A DNA stretch of 60,864 nt, filler included, from Deltaproteobacteria bacterium (GTDB lineage: Bacteria; CG2-30-53-67), in assembly GCA_013151235.1 (NCBI GenBank). It is 5 parts of 5 records of this genome, joined end to end, with 100 filler letters (N's around TTAATTAATTAA, not from the genome) between each part and the next. Parts side by side here need not be neighbours in the genome. Positions count along the whole stretch, not along the records: positions 1 to 30,504 come from JAADIO010000027.1; 4 more parts are not named here. One strand, 5' to 3'. This document shows, piece by piece, positions 19,637-30,327 of the stretch. The position numbers and the translations under genes were made by a program. Under the pieces are notes generated by a model. It was not told the origin of the DNA and made no database searches. It saw nothing but the letters and a program-made list of their open reading frames with translations. Each line of letters starts with the position of its first letter. The first letter of the stretch is position 1.

Positions 19637-21226
19637 ATGGGATCTCACCTGGAGAAGACCATCTACACGTTCCTTGCGCTTATTGCCGTCCCGGTTTTTT
19701 ATGTTTTTCATGGAATGAACGGCTTCTCCTCTGGAATAGTCATTCTCCTGCTGGTTTTGTTCGCAGCGACAGTGATCATGGTCTTCAGATTTTTTCTCAG
19801 GATGCATTCACAGTCGGAAGAAATATCACAATTCGTCCAACAAGTGTCCGAAGGGAATCTGAGCGTTCATCACAAGACATCCTTAAAAACAATTTCCAGG
19901 AGATTGCAACAATCGTTGCACAACATGACCTGCAAGACCGGACAGTCCATTGATCATATTTTGCAATCCTCCGCCGTTCTGGCTTCCGAAAACAGCGTGT
20001 TGTCGGTGGAAGCGCAGAAGAGCCGGATCGAAGCGGATATGCAGCAGGAACAGTCGGCGGCCATTGCAACTGCTTCCGAAGAAATCTCACAGACGGTTGC
20101 CGATATTGCCCGTAACTGTGACGTTGCTTCAGAGACCTCCGGGAAGGTTCTGAAACTGGGGGAAAAAGGAAAGGAGGCGCTGCGTGTTACGATGGATCAT
20201 ATCGGCCTTCTTTCCGATACATCCGAAAAACTGGCTTCCATGATCAACCAGTTGGATGCCAAAACGGAGAACGTTGGAGAAATTATCGGGCTGATTGAGG
20301 ATATCGCGGACCAGACGAATCTTCTCGCATTAAATGCAGCGATCGAGGCGGCCCGTGCCGGTAATGCCGGAAGGGGGTTTTCCGTTGTCGCGGAAGAAGT
20401 CCGAAAATTAGCGGAAAAAACCATGCAGGCCACCGGTCGGATCACGACCACGATCACTTCGATCCAGAAGGAGGCCCGGGATACGTCCGAATCCACCGAG
20501 AAAGCGGTCAGGGAAATTAAAGAGAGTCATGAATCGATGATCAAAACGCAATCGATCCTTACGGAAATTGTCGATGCAGTCCAGGATTCCTCCGAACAGA
20601 TCACACAGATCACGGCGGCCGTCAACGAACAAACCACGGCTACGGAAGAGATCGCAGCGAATATCCACAAAATTTCCGATTCCGCCCGGGCGATTTCAAA
20701 CCATGGAAAAAATTTACTTTCCGGAATCAACAAGACGTCCGGGATTATTGCGGATCTGAATTCGTCTCTCGGCCATTTCCGGATCGATCCGGAACCGGCC
20801 ACCTTGCTGGAACTGACCAAGGCGGACCATCGTTTCTGGGTCCAGCGTCTTTACAAGATGGTGTACGGAGAAGAGAGGATTGCTCCTAAAGAAATGACCG
20901 ATCACCATCAATGCAGGCTGGGCAAGTGGTATTTCGGAGAGGGAAAGGATATCTGCGGCGTTTATGGTGAATTCATCGCGCTGGATTCGCCTCATAAACA
21001 GTTGCATGAAAAAGCCCGACTTTGCATCGAACGTTTCAATGCCGGAGATCTCCATGCAGCCGAAACATTGTTGGGGGAGATTGAAGAGATCTCTCATGAT
21101 GTCGTCGGGTTGCTCGACGAGTTGAAGAGGCATTGCTTGGGCCAGGCCGGAATGGCGGAAACGACCCGAATGCCGCAATCTGTTTTTCCAAAAGAAACGG
21201 ATCGGGTCCTGGAAAAAACAGCATAG
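19637..21226 (+). CDS. Methyl-accepting chemotaxis protein with C-terminal CZB domain
   Basis: Two N-terminal TM segments; [20 protein letters not shown] signalling motif; DHRFW...[11 protein letters not shown]...H..LH CZB motif. Confidence 0.9.
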   Translation: MGSHLEKTIYTFLALIAVPVFYVFHGMNGFSSGIVILLLVLFAATVIMVFRFFLRMHSQSEEISQFVQQVSEGNLSVHHKTSLKTISRRLQQSLHNMTCKTGQSIDHILQSSAVLASENSVLSVEAQKSRIEADMQQEQSAAIATASEEISQTVADIARNCDVASETSGKVLKLGEKGKEALRVTMDHIGLLSDTSEKLASMINQLDAKTENVGEIIGLIEDIADQTNLLALNAAIEAARAGNAGRGFSVVAEEVRKLAEKTMQATGRITTTITSIQKEARDTSESTEKAVREIKESHESMIKTQSILTEIVDAVQDSSEQITQITAAVNEQTTATEEIAANIHKISDSARAISNHGKNLLSGINKTSGIIADLNSSLGHFRIDPEPATLLELTKADHRFWVQRLYKMVYGEERIAPKEMTDHHQCRLGKWYFGEGKDICGVYGEFIALDSPHKQLHEKARLCIERFNAGDLHAAETLLGEIEEISHDVVGLLDELKRHCLGQAGMAETTRMPQSVFPKETDRVLEKTA

Positions 21227-21554
21227 GTCTTCGGCATCCGGTTCCGGGGAGTTCACACCCTTCTGATCTACCTGGAGCTGAAAAACCGGATCCTTTCCAC
21301 CGGTCCCTTTGATAGATCCTGCAAGTTTACACTGCATCGTTCTTCCACCGAGATTTGATGTCGAATCTGCCCGCAAAGAGCGGGCTTTCCGCACCGCCGG
21401 GAGGGGTATTCCTTAACGGCAGCATCTCCTTTGTTACCATCGGACACCGAAATTTTGCCGTCGGCTTGACCCTTTTCGGGGAATTTGCTAAGTTTAATAC
21501 GGGCGATGTAATTTTATTTTATCTTGAATGGAACCGTTTGATGAGGAATAGGAA

Positions 21555-21743
21555 ATGACCCCTGTCGTGGATGAGGAGAAATGCATCGGTTGTGGAAGCT
21601 GTTCGGATATTTGCCCGGCCGTGTTTTTTTTAAATGAGGATACGGAAAAGGCGGAGGTGATCGACGAAGACGGGTGCGACATTGCCGGTTGCTGCGAAGC
21701 TGCTGCCGAGAACTGTCCCGTGGATGCGATCACTCTCGAATAA
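21555..21743 (+). CDS. Monocluster ferredoxin
   Basis: CIGCGSCSDICP...AAENCPVDAI. Confidence 0.9.
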   Translation: MTPVVDEEKCIGCGSCSDICPAVFFLNEDTEKAEVIDEDGCDIAGCCEAAAENCPVDAITLE

Positions 21744-21749
21744 CAGGTT

Positions 21750-22091
21750 ATGAATATCGATTCCTATGATTTCGGCAGGTTGGTGGTGGAAGGGAGGGAA
21801 TACCGCAACGATGTCATCCTGCTTCCCGGCCGGGTGATCGACCCCTGGTGGCGCAAGGAAGGGCATCGGTTGCAGGAGGAAGATCTGGCATCGGTGATGA
21901 TGGTTCCTCTTCGGCTCCTGGTGATCGGGACCGGGATGGATGGGAAGATGCAAGTTCCGGAAGAAGCGGTTTCCTTCCTGCGGGATGCGGGGGTCGAGCC
22001 AATGGTGCTGAAAAGCCGTGAAGCCTGCAGAGTATTTAATGAGGAATCGAAGCAAGGAGGCGTGGCCGGAGCTTTCCATCTGACCTGCTGA
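21750..22091 (+). CDS. Mth938-like domain protein
   Basis: IDSYDFG...Y..DVI, WWRKEGH.L, LVIGTG, AFHLTC. Confidence 0.85.
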   Translation: MNIDSYDFGRLVVEGREYRNDVILLPGRVIDPWWRKEGHRLQEEDLASVMMVPLRLLVIGTGMDGKMQVPEEAVSFLRDAGVEPMVLKSREACRVFNEESKQGGVAGAFHLTC

Positions 22092-22126
22092 GACAGGAGA
22101 GAGTGAAACAGGAGAGGGAAAGTTTT

Positions 22127-22351
22127 ATGAACTATGCAAAGATAAAAAAAGCGTGTCCCAACATTCAGCAGAATCTGTCGGACTGTAACTGTTCCTATAC
22201 TTCCTGTGACAAGACTGGACTCTGCTGTCGTTGCGTGGCCTATCATCGGGCGAATCGTGAACTGCCGGCCTGCTTCTTTCCTGATGACGTGGAAAAGGGA
22301 TGGGACCGCTCCTTTCGTAATTTTATCGAGACCTGGAAAGACAAGGTCTGA
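22127..22351 (+). CDS. Small Cys-rich protein (DUF6485-like)
   Basis: CNCSYTSCDKTGLCCRCVAYHR...LPACFF. Confidence 0.7.
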   Translation: MNYAKIKKACPNIQQNLSDCNCSYTSCDKTGLCCRCVAYHRANRELPACFFPDDVEKGWDRSFRNFIETWKDKV

Positions 22352-22396
22352 ACCGCCTTCAGGGTAGATCAATTTTTCACTGATGGAGAGATCGTT

Positions 22397-22690
22397 ATGA
22401 GCTTTGAAAACGCCTGTCCCGGGTCCAAAAAATTTATTCAGCCGTCTCCCGAAGAATTTTGTTGCAAGGAATGCGGCGCCAGGGTGGAGATCTGGTCCGA
22501 CGAAATGACCGCCGAATGCCCCCGGTGCGGCGGGAAGGTGAGCCGCGTCAAGGAGGCGACCTGTCTGGATCACTGCCCGAAGGCGGAGCAGTGTCTCGGC
22601 GTGATGAAATACAATAAACTTCTTCGCGACGGGATGATCACGAAGAAAAACCTCTCCGGAGAATCTTCCGAAACCTCGGAAAAAGATTAG
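22397..22690 (+). CDS. Small Cys-rich zinc-ribbon protein
   Basis: CPG, CKECG..VEIWSDE...CPRCG, CLDHC..AEQCLG. Confidence 0.7.
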   Translation: MSFENACPGSKKFIQPSPEEFCCKECGARVEIWSDEMTAECPRCGGKVSRVKEATCLDHCPKAEQCLGVMKYNKLLRDGMITKKNLSGESSETSEKD

Positions 22691-22696
22691 ATTTTC

Positions 22697-22726
22697 TTGA
22701 CAAAGTTTATCTTACTTTGTTACCAT
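22697..22726 (+). promoter_or_regulatory. Putative sigma70 promoter of glyQS
   Basis: TTGACA-18 bp-TACCAT with extended -10 TG. Confidence 0.5.
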
Positions 22727-22751
22727 TCCCCGTTGTCTGCATTTTAATGAA

Positions 22752-23660
22752 TTGGAGCAGGAACCGGTGACGTTTCAGGAATTGATACTCGCCCTGCAGG
22801 GGTTTTGGGCCAAAAAAGGGTGTCTGATCCATCAGGGGTATGATACCGAAGTCGGGGCGGGGACCTTCAATCCGGCCACCTTCTTGAGAGCCCTTGGTCC
22901 GGAACCGTGGAACGCCGCCTACGTGGAGCCGTCCCGTCGGCCGACGGACGGCCGGTATGGGAATAACCCCAACCGCCTGCAACACTATTATCAATTTCAG
23001 GTCGTGATGAAACCCTCTCCCAAGGAGATTCAGGATGTCTATCTGGAAAGTCTCGTGGAGATCGGGATCGACCCGCTGCAGCACGATATCCGTTTCGTGG
23101 AAGACGACTGGGAATCCCCGACATTAGGGGCTTGGGGGCTCGGGTGGGAGGTCTGGCTCGACGGGATGGAGATTACCCAGTTTACTTATTTTCAGCAGGT
23201 GGGCGGCATCGACCTGACCCCGGTCACGTCGGAGATCACCTATGGACTGGAGCGGATCTGTATGTACTTGCAGCAGGTGGACAACGTCTATGCCCTGCAA
23301 TGGGACCAGAGGCTGACCTACGGAGACATTCATCACGAAGATGAGGTGCAGTTTTCCCGCTACAATTTTGAAGAGGCCGATGTGGCCATGCAGTTGACAC
23401 TTTTTGATCTGTATGAGAAGGAATCCCTCCGCCTGAGCAAGGCGGGGCTGGCCCTTCCCGCTTACGATTACTGTCTAAAATGTTCTCATGCCTTCAATAT
23501 GCTTGATGCCCGGGGTGCCATCAGTGTTACGGAACGGACCGGCTACATCGGCCGGGTCCGGAACCTCGCGCGAAAATGTGCCCGGGGGTATCTGGAACTC
23601 CGTGAAGAGAAGGGATTTCCCCTCACAGAAAAGGCATCCGAGCCGTCGGTAAAGAGCTGA
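22752..23660 (+). CDS. glyQ: Glycine-tRNA ligase alpha subunit
   Basis: [47 protein letters not shown]. Confidence 0.97.
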   Translation: MEQEPVTFQELILALQGFWAKKGCLIHQGYDTEVGAGTFNPATFLRALGPEPWNAAYVEPSRRPTDGRYGNNPNRLQHYYQFQVVMKPSPKEIQDVYLESLVEIGIDPLQHDIRFVEDDWESPTLGAWGLGWEVWLDGMEITQFTYFQQVGGIDLTPVTSEITYGLERICMYLQQVDNVYALQWDQRLTYGDIHHEDEVQFSRYNFEEADVAMQLTLFDLYEKESLRLSKAGLALPAYDYCLKCSHAFNMLDARGAISVTERTGYIGRVRNLARKCARGYLELREEKGFPLTEKASEPSVKS

Positions 23661-23685
23661 CGATCTCCCGAGGAAAAGCCGTTCC

Positions 23686-25755
23686 ATGGTCAAAGAACTG
23701 TTGCTGGAAATCGGAACCGAAGAGATCCCCGCCGCTTTTCTGCCCGGGGCGATGGCGCATCTGCAGACTCTCTGTGAAAAATTCTGTGCCGAGGAACGGT
23801 TGTCCTTCAACGCGGTCCGGTGCTACGCCACCCCGCGCCGGCTGATTCTCCATGTGGAAGGTCTGGCCGATCGTCAGGAAGATCTGAGCCGGAAGGTGAT
23901 CGGTCCGCCCAAATCCGCAGGTTACGACAAAGAAGGGAATCCCACGAAGGCCGCCACCGGTTTTGCCCGGAGCCAGGGAGTGGAGGTCTCCGACCTGATC
24001 ATTGAGGAGACCCCCCGGGGAGACTATCTTGCCGTCATTCGGGAAGAAACCGGCCGGGAGACGCCGGAACTTCTCTCCGACGGCTTGCCGAAAATAATCA
24101 CTTCCATTCATTTTCCCAAATCGATGCGCTGGGGAAGCGGGACGCTTCGCTTCGTCCGTCCGATTCACTGGGTTCTGGCGATTTATGATGATGCAGTGAT
24201 CCCTTTCGAGATTGACGGGATCCGCAGCGGGAATCTTTCCCGGGGGCACCGCTTCATGAGTCCCGGCTCGTTTACCGTACACAGCTACAAATCCTACAAG
24301 GCCTCCGCCCGCGAGCGTTTCGTCATGTACGATCTTCAGGAGCGGGTGGATGTCATACATCGCCAGATTTCAGCGATTGAAAAAGAGGTGAAGGGGAGGG
24401 TGATCCCGGATGAGGCGTTGCTTCAGGAGGTGGCCTGCCTGGTGGAGTTTCCCACGGTCCTCTGCGGCGGCTTTGATACCGATTTTCTTGCGATCCCCCG
24501 GCAGGTGTTGATTACGTCCATGCGGGAACATCAACGCTATTTCTCCATGGAAAACAAAAAGGGCGATCTGATTCCCTATTTCATCACCGTGAGTAATACC
24601 CGTCCCAAGGATACGTCGACGATTGTCGCCGGCAACGAACGGGTGTTGCGGGCCCGGTTGACGGACGCGGCCTACTTCTTCGAAACCGATCGGAAACATT
24701 CCTTGTCGGACTTTACTGCATCCTTGCAAGGGGTGACCTTTCAAGAAAAGTTAGGAACCTTGGCGGAGAAAGTGGAGCGGATCCGGAAACTGGCTCAGGG
24801 ACTGGCGGAAAAGATCGGCCTTATCGACCCGGATGCATTGGACCGGGTGGTGTCGCTCTGCAAGGCCGATCTCTGTACGGAGATGGTCGGAGAGTTTCCT
24901 TCCCTGCAGGGGGTGATGGGGCGGGAGTATGCTCTTCTGTCCGGAGAGTCCGATGCCGTTGCCTCTGCTATCGAGGAGCATTACCGGCCCCGTTTCGTGG
25001 GAGATCTTCTCCCGGAGAGCGACCTGGGCGCCGTGGTGAGCCTGGCCGACAAGATGGATACCATTGCCGGCTGTTTTGCGGTTGGGCTGAAACCTTCCGG
25101 TTCCGTCGATCCCTATGCCCTGCGTCGTCAGACCCTGGCGATCCTGGGAATCCTGCAGAAGAAAGGATATCCCGTGGGATTGGGAGAGATGACCGAGGTT
25201 GCACTGCAGGCGTTACAGGGGAAAGTCGATGTGGATACCGGAGCGTGCCGTGATGAAATCCTCGGCTATTTCAGGGGAAGGCTTTCCGCAATGCTAACGG
25301 GTGAAGAACATCGATATGATACGGTCGATGCCGTTTTAGGGGCCGGTTTTGACCGTGTTCGAGAAACCCGGGCCCGGGTGGAAGCACTCTCCCGTTTTCG
25401 GGAGGAGCCTCTCTTTGAGCCCTTTACCGTGGTCTGCAAGCGGGCGATGAATATCATCAAAGATCATCATGGGAGTGATGTCGACCCGGCCCTGTTTAAA
25501 GAAACCTGTGAGCGGGATCTCTTCGAGGCGGCGGCGAAGGTGGAGGACGAGCTTCCGGCGTTGCTGGATACGGGTCAATACGGTGGGGCGCTGAATGCCA
25601 TTGCTGCCTTGCGGGACCCGATCGATCAATTTTTCGAAGGGGTCCTGGTCATGGACAAGGAGAAGGCGATCCGGAACAACCGGCTTGCCCTGCTGACCCG
25701 TATTGCCTCATTGATTTCTCCGATTGCCGATTTTTCCAGGATTGTCATTGAATGA
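23686..25755 (+). CDS. glyS: Glycine-tRNA ligase beta subunit
   Basis: LLLEIGTEEIP, TPRRL, KSMRWG, HQRYF, GNERVLRARL, DPYALRR. Confidence 0.96.
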   Translation: MVKELLLEIGTEEIPAAFLPGAMAHLQTLCEKFCAEERLSFNAVRCYATPRRLILHVEGLADRQEDLSRKVIGPPKSAGYDKEGNPTKAATGFARSQGVEVSDLIIEETPRGDYLAVIREETGRETPELLSDGLPKIITSIHFPKSMRWGSGTLRFVRPIHWVLAIYDDAVIPFEIDGIRSGNLSRGHRFMSPGSFTVHSYKSYKASARERFVMYDLQERVDVIHRQISAIEKEVKGRVIPDEALLQEVACLVEFPTVLCGGFDTDFLAIPRQVLITSMREHQRYFSMENKKGDLIPYFITVSNTRPKDTSTIVAGNERVLRARLTDAAYFFETDRKHSLSDFTASLQGVTFQEKLGTLAEKVERIRKLAQGLAEKIGLIDPDALDRVVSLCKADLCTEMVGEFPSLQGVMGREYALLSGESDAVASAIEEHYRPRFVGDLLPESDLGAVVSLADKMDTIAGCFAVGLKPSGSVDPYALRRQTLAILGILQKKGYPVGLGEMTEVALQALQGKVDVDTGACRDEILGYFRGRLSAMLTGEEHRYDTVDAVLGAGFDRVRETRARVEALSRFREEPLFEPFTVVCKRAMNIIKDHHGSDVDPALFKETCERDLFEAAAKVEDELPALLDTGQYGGALNAIAALRDPIDQFFEGVLVMDKEKAIRNNRLALLTRIASLISPIADFSRIVIE

Positions 25756-25995
25756 TTTCCTTTTTGGTTGCCTCGGCTCCGGATTTCATTTATATTGTCT
25801 CATCCGGTTGACAAATGATGCTGGTTGTAAATCGTGCGGCGCTCGAATGTCCGCCTGCGTGTTGCATGCAAACAGCCTGCTGCATCTATCCGGCAGGCAT
25901 TGCACACCGACCTGTTGACCGGTTTGCAGGGAAGATCCCGTAAATCAAGAAACCTGAATACTGGTTTGGCTTTTCATTTTGGAAGGGAGGAAGTA

Positions 25996-28695
25996 ATGGC
26001 CAAGAAGAATAAGTACGTATACCTCTTTGCAAATGGGAAGGCGGATGGAAAAGGGACCTGGAAGGAGCTCCTCGGCGGAAAGGGCGCCGGTCTGGCGGAG
26101 ATGACCAACCTTGGAATCCCTGTTCCCGCCGGTTTTACGATTACCACGGATGTTTGTACGGAATTCTACAAAAACCGTCGGAACTACCCCGCCGGTCTGA
26201 AGCAGCAGGTGGAAGACGCCCTGGCAAAGGTGGAGAAGGCGATGGAAATGAAGTTCGGCGACCCGGAAAGGCCTCTGTTGGTTTCCGTCCGTTCCGGTGC
26301 CCGGCAGTCGATGCCGGGCATGATGGAAACGGTCCTGAACGTCGGTTTGACCACCCGGACGATTCCCGGCATGATCGCCCGGAGCGGTAACGAGCGCTTT
26401 GTCTATGATGCCTATCGCCGCCTGATCATGATGTATGCCGATGTGGTAATGGAGAAGGCCGCAGGGATCGAACCCCAGGAAGATCAAGGGATCCGCCAGC
26501 AGTTTGAGCATGAAATAGAAAAGATGAAAAAGGCAAAGGGGTACGAATCAGATACGGACCTGTCGGTCGATGATCTGAAAAAACTTTGTACTCTCTTTAA
26601 AAAGAAGATCCGGAAAGTTCTGGGGAAGTCCTTTCCAGACGATCCCATGGAACAACTCTGGGGCGGGATCGGCGCCGTTTTTCTTTCCTGGAACGGGAAA
26701 CGGGCGATTTCCTACCGGAAGATCGAAGGGATTCCGGAAGAATGGGGGACGGCGGTCAATGTCCAGTCCATGGTCTTCGGAAACACCGGAGCGCAAAGCG
26801 GCACAGGCGTTGCCTTTACCCGAAACCCGGCCACGGGTGAGCATGTCTTCTTCGGTGAATATCTGATGAATGCACAGGGCGAAGATGTAGTGGCCGGGAC
26901 CCGGACACCGCAACCGATCAACAAAAAGCAGAAGGGGAGCAGCAAACTCCAGTCTCTGGAAGAAGAGATGCCTCGGATTTACAAACAACTGGTCAGAATT
27001 CAGAAGAAGCTGGAGACTCACTTTCGGGATATGCAGGACCTGGAGTTTACCATTCAGGACGGGAAGCTCTGGATGCTTCAGACCCGCGTCGGGAAACGGA
27101 ACGGGACGGCCGCCGTACGGATGGCCGTGGAAATGGCCAAGGAGCGTCTGATCTCTCAGAAAGAGGCCCTGCTTCGGGTTGCGCCCCACCAGTTGGATGA
27201 ACTCCTTCATCCCATGGTTGATCCCGCAGCGGAGAAGAAAGCCAGAGTCCTTGCGAAAGGACTTCCCGCCGGACCCGGTGGGGCCTGGGGACAAGTGGTC
27301 TTTACCGCCGATGATGCGGAATCCTGGGCCAAGAAAGGGAAGAAGGTGATCCTGGTCCGGAACGAGACTTCCCCCGAGGATGTCCACGGAATGCATGCCG
27401 CGGAAGCGGTGCTGACAGCCAAGGGTGGAATGACGAGCCACGCCGCCCTGGTTGCCCGCGGATGGGGAAAATGCTGTATCGTGGGATGCGGCGACCTGGA
27501 CATTAATCTGAAGAAACGGGAAGTCTCCGTCGGGAAGGTGGTGATCAAGGAAGGGGAATGGATCACCTTGAATGGAACCAGGGGGCTGGTCTATCCGGGG
27601 AAGTTGAACCTGCACTCCGTCGATCCGGAGAAAGACCCCCATTACAAGACCCTCATGAAATGGGCGGACAAGACCCGGAAACTCGGGGTCCGGACCAATG
27701 CCGAATCACCGGCCGATGCGGCCCTGGCACGGACTTTTGGTGCCGAGGGGATCGGCCTCTGCCGGACGGAACATATGTTCTTCGGACCGGAGCGAATCAA
27801 GGCGATTCGTGAGATGATTGTCGCCGAGGATGACGCCGGACGGCGTAAAGCCGTGATGAAGCTTCTGCCTTTTCAGAAAAAAGATTTTATGGGAATCCTC
27901 AAGGCAATGGAAGGATGCCCTGTGACCATCCGGACCCTCGACCCGCCGCTTCATGAATTCGTCACCCTCGACAAGCAGCAGACCCGGGAGCTTGCGAAAG
28001 ACCTCGGGATAACCACGAAGAAGCTGGAAGCACGCATCGCCCAGCTCCATGAACTTAACCCGATGCTGGGACACCGGGGCTGCCGTCTCGGGATCACCTA
28101 TCCGGAGGTTACGGAGATGCAGGCTCGGGCGATCTTTGAAGCGGCCGCCGAGCTGACCCGAAAAGGGCACAAGGTTTATCCCGAAGTAATGATTCCCCTC
28201 GTGGGGAGTCCCTCGGAGTTGGAGAATCAGCGGATCCTTGTGGAAAATGTCGCTCGGGAGGTCACGCAGAAGAAAGGGAAATTCCCCTACATGATCGGAA
28301 CGATGATCGAGGTGCCGCGGGCCTGCGTTGCCGCGGATAAGATCGCAGAACACGCGGAGTTTTTCTCCTTCGGCACCAATGATCTCACACAGACGACCTT
28401 TGGCTTTTCCCGCGACGATATCGGTTCTTTCCTGCCGGAATACCTTGACCGGAAGATCCTTACGGCGGATCCTTTTCAGACACTGGATCAAAGCGGTGTC
28501 GGCGAGTTGGTGGCCCTTGGAGTCCGGAAAGGGAGAAAAACCCGAAAGAATCTGAAGATTGGGATCTGCGGTGAGCACGGCGGTGATCCTGCATCAATCG
28601 AGTTCTTTCATCGTGTCGGGCTGAATTATGTGAGCTGTTCCCCCTTCCGGGTGCCGATTGCCCGTTTGGCCGCGGCCCAGGCGGCATTGCGGTAA
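25996..28695 (+). CDS. ppdK: Pyruvate, phosphate dikinase
   Basis: LLGGKGAGLAEM, SVRSGA..SMPGMM, GGMTSHAA phospho-His motif, GIGLCRTEHMF, GICGEHGG; RBS GGAGG. Confidence 0.97.
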   Translation: MAKKNKYVYLFANGKADGKGTWKELLGGKGAGLAEMTNLGIPVPAGFTITTDVCTEFYKNRRNYPAGLKQQVEDALAKVEKAMEMKFGDPERPLLVSVRSGARQSMPGMMETVLNVGLTTRTIPGMIARSGNERFVYDAYRRLIMMYADVVMEKAAGIEPQEDQGIRQQFEHEIEKMKKAKGYESDTDLSVDDLKKLCTLFKKKIRKVLGKSFPDDPMEQLWGGIGAVFLSWNGKRAISYRKIEGIPEEWGTAVNVQSMVFGNTGAQSGTGVAFTRNPATGEHVFFGEYLMNAQGEDVVAGTRTPQPINKKQKGSSKLQSLEEEMPRIYKQLVRIQKKLETHFRDMQDLEFTIQDGKLWMLQTRVGKRNGTAAVRMAVEMAKERLISQKEALLRVAPHQLDELLHPMVDPAAEKKARVLAKGLPAGPGGAWGQVVFTADDAESWAKKGKKVILVRNETSPEDVHGMHAAEAVLTAKGGMTSHAALVARGWGKCCIVGCGDLDINLKKREVSVGKVVIKEGEWITLNGTRGLVYPGKLNLHSVDPEKDPHYKTLMKWADKTRKLGVRTNAESPADAALARTFGAEGIGLCRTEHMFFGPERIKAIREMIVAEDDAGRRKAVMKLLPFQKKDFMGILKAMEGCPVTIRTLDPPLHEFVTLDKQQTRELAKDLGITTKKLEARIAQLHELNPMLGHRGCRLGITYPEVTEMQARAIFEAAAELTRKGHKVYPEVMIPLVGSPSELENQRILVENVAREVTQKKGKFPYMIGTMIEVPRACVAADKIAEHAEFFSFGTNDLTQTTFGFSRDDIGSFLPEYLDRKILTADPFQTLDQSGVGELVALGVRKGRKTRKNLKIGICGEHGGDPASIEFFHRVGLNYVSCSPFRVPIARLAAAQAALR

Positions 28696-28947
28696 GCAGG
28701 GCGGGCTGATTTCGGCCTGCGGCTTGCGGGATGGGCTAAAAGGAGGCAGGCCTGTTCGTAAACCCTCTGACATACCCGGAGGGCCTGCCTGTTCAGGCCC
28801 GTCCGCAGACAGGCCTCCGTATTTATGAACAGGGCCATGACACAATCCTTTTGTACACTTTCGGGGAATAGACTCGAAAGAAGAAAAACTGTAAAAAGAA
28901 CTCAGGGTCTGATAATCGCCTGAGTGGTTGACTAGTTTGACCCTGTT

Positions 28948-28986
28948 GCCCCGACGGCTTGTCCGTCGGGGCCTTTTTGTTTTTTT
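28948..28986 (+). terminator. Rho-independent terminator
   Basis: gccccgacgg-cttgt-ccgtcggggc followed by a T-rich tract. Confidence 0.75.
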
Positions 28987-28987
28987 C

Positions 28988-29179
28988 GGCATGGACGGGT
29001 AGCGGACCTACGAAGCGGTCACCCGGATACATCCCGGCCAAAAGGCCGTCGCCGCCAGCGGCTTCTCCCGGGACGATGAGGTGAAGAAAGCGCAGGCGTT
29101 TGACGTTGGACAGTTTATCAAGAAACCATACTTGATCACGCAGATCGGGCTGGCTGTTCAACAAGCCTTGCAAGATTGA
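28988..29179 (+). pseudogene. C-terminal half of a response-regulator receiver domain with an in-frame TAG
   Basis: Manual translation GMDG*RTYEAVTRIHPGQKAVAASGFSRDDEVKKAQAFDVGQFIKKPYLITQIGLAVQQALQD*; the N-terminal half is absent. Confidence 0.75.
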
Positions 29180-29262
29180 TTGTTGGGAATCGGGCTGCAC
29201 ATGGATAGGTCCGTATGCAATGTGCAGCTCGACCCTATAAGTCATCCTCCTTTGGAACCGGC

Positions 29263-30162
29263 TCAAATACCGCCGTTTTTATGCATCGGGCCACGAAGTT
29301 CCAGCAGTGTTTTGATGGTCGGCTCAAAGGCCTTTGCCGTGTTGCTCTGACCATAAGTATCCATGAACGGTTTTCCCCGATCGCAGGATTCGACCATGAG
29401 CGGATCGATGGGAATGCGTCCGAGGAAGGGGACATCAAGTTCCGTGGCCATTGATTGGCCTCCCCCCCTGCTGAAGATGTCGACATGTTCTTTACAGTTC
29501 GGACAGACGAAGCCGCTCATGTTCTCAATGACGCCCAAAACAGGAAGGTTTGTATTCCTGCAAAAGGTAATGGAGCGCCTCACGTCGGCTACGGCGATAC
29601 CCTGAGGCGTCGTCACCACGACCGCTCCGTCGGCATCTTCCAGAAGCTGGACGACGGAGAGTGGTTCGTCGCCCGTCCCCGGGGGACAGTCCACAATCAG
29701 ATAATCGAGTACACCCCACTGCACCTCCGTAATAAACTGCCGGATCAGACCATGCTTCAATGGGGCCCGCCAAATGACGGCGTGGTCCCGATCCGGGACC
29801 AGGAAACCGATCGACACCACCAGCAGGTTCGGATTATAACGGATCGGAACAAGACCGTCCGGAGATTTCTTCGGGACCCCATCTTCCAGCCCAAGCATTC
29901 TGGGAATGGAAGGCCCATGGATGTCGATGTCCATCAACCCCACCCTCTTGTCCTGAAGCGACAGGGCCACGGCCATGTTGGCCGCCACGGTACTCTTGCC
30001 CACCCCTCCCTTGCCTGAAAGAACGATGATCTTGTGCTTGATGTTGCAGGTGATGTTCTGAACCTCAAGTCGATCTTTCAGTTCGTCCAGGGCTTCCTGA
30101 TCCGGATGCCCTCCGGATGCACAACTTCCACAATTGTTCTTCTCTCCATTTTCTTCGCTCAT
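29263..30162 (-). CDS. mrp: Mrp/NBP35 (ApbC) Fe-S cluster carrier ATPase
   Basis: VLSGKGGVGKSTVA, DIDIHGPS, DYLIVDCPPGTGD, ENMSGFVCPNC. Confidence 0.93.
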   Translation of the reverse strand: MSEENGEKNNCGSCASGGHPDQEALDELKDRLEVQNITCNIKHKIIVLSGKGGVGKSTVAANMAVALSLQDKRVGLMDIDIHGPSIPRMLGLEDGVPKKSPDGLVPIRYNPNLLVVSIGFLVPDRDHAVIWRAPLKHGLIRQFITEVQWGVLDYLIVDCPPGTGDEPLSVVQLLEDADGAVVVTTPQGIAVADVRRSITFCRNTNLPVLGVIENMSGFVCPNCKEHVDIFSRGGGQSMATELDVPFLGRIPIDPLMVESCDRGKPFMDTYGQSNTAKAFEPTIKTLLELRGPMHKNGGI

Positions 30163-30260
30163 TTCCAACCTCCTTTGAGTCTTTGTCGGTTCCGTGGGAC
30201 AGGGCTTGTCGGCGTAACGATCCCGGAAAACACCCGTCCCGGAATAATGTGTATATGCAC

Positions 30261-30289
30261 GTTATAGTAAATCCGGGATGGACTGTCAA
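30261..30289 (-). promoter_or_regulatory. Putative sigma70 promoter of mrp
   Basis: TTGACA-17 bp-TATAAC on the minus strand. Confidence 0.55.
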
Positions 30290-30327
30290 GGAATTTCTGA
30301 AAGTTGTGTTTGTCTTCGGTTTGTTCT

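Noticed and set aside
28991-29010. Pyrrolysine read-through of the in-frame TAG
   Set aside because: The ORF is a fragment lacking its N-terminal half and no pyl genes are present; decay is the simpler explanation.
30245-30272. dif-like site (ttatagtaaat resembles a XerD arm)
   Set aside because: The XerC arm does not match, and the sequence is better explained as the -10 region of the mrp promoter on the minus strand.
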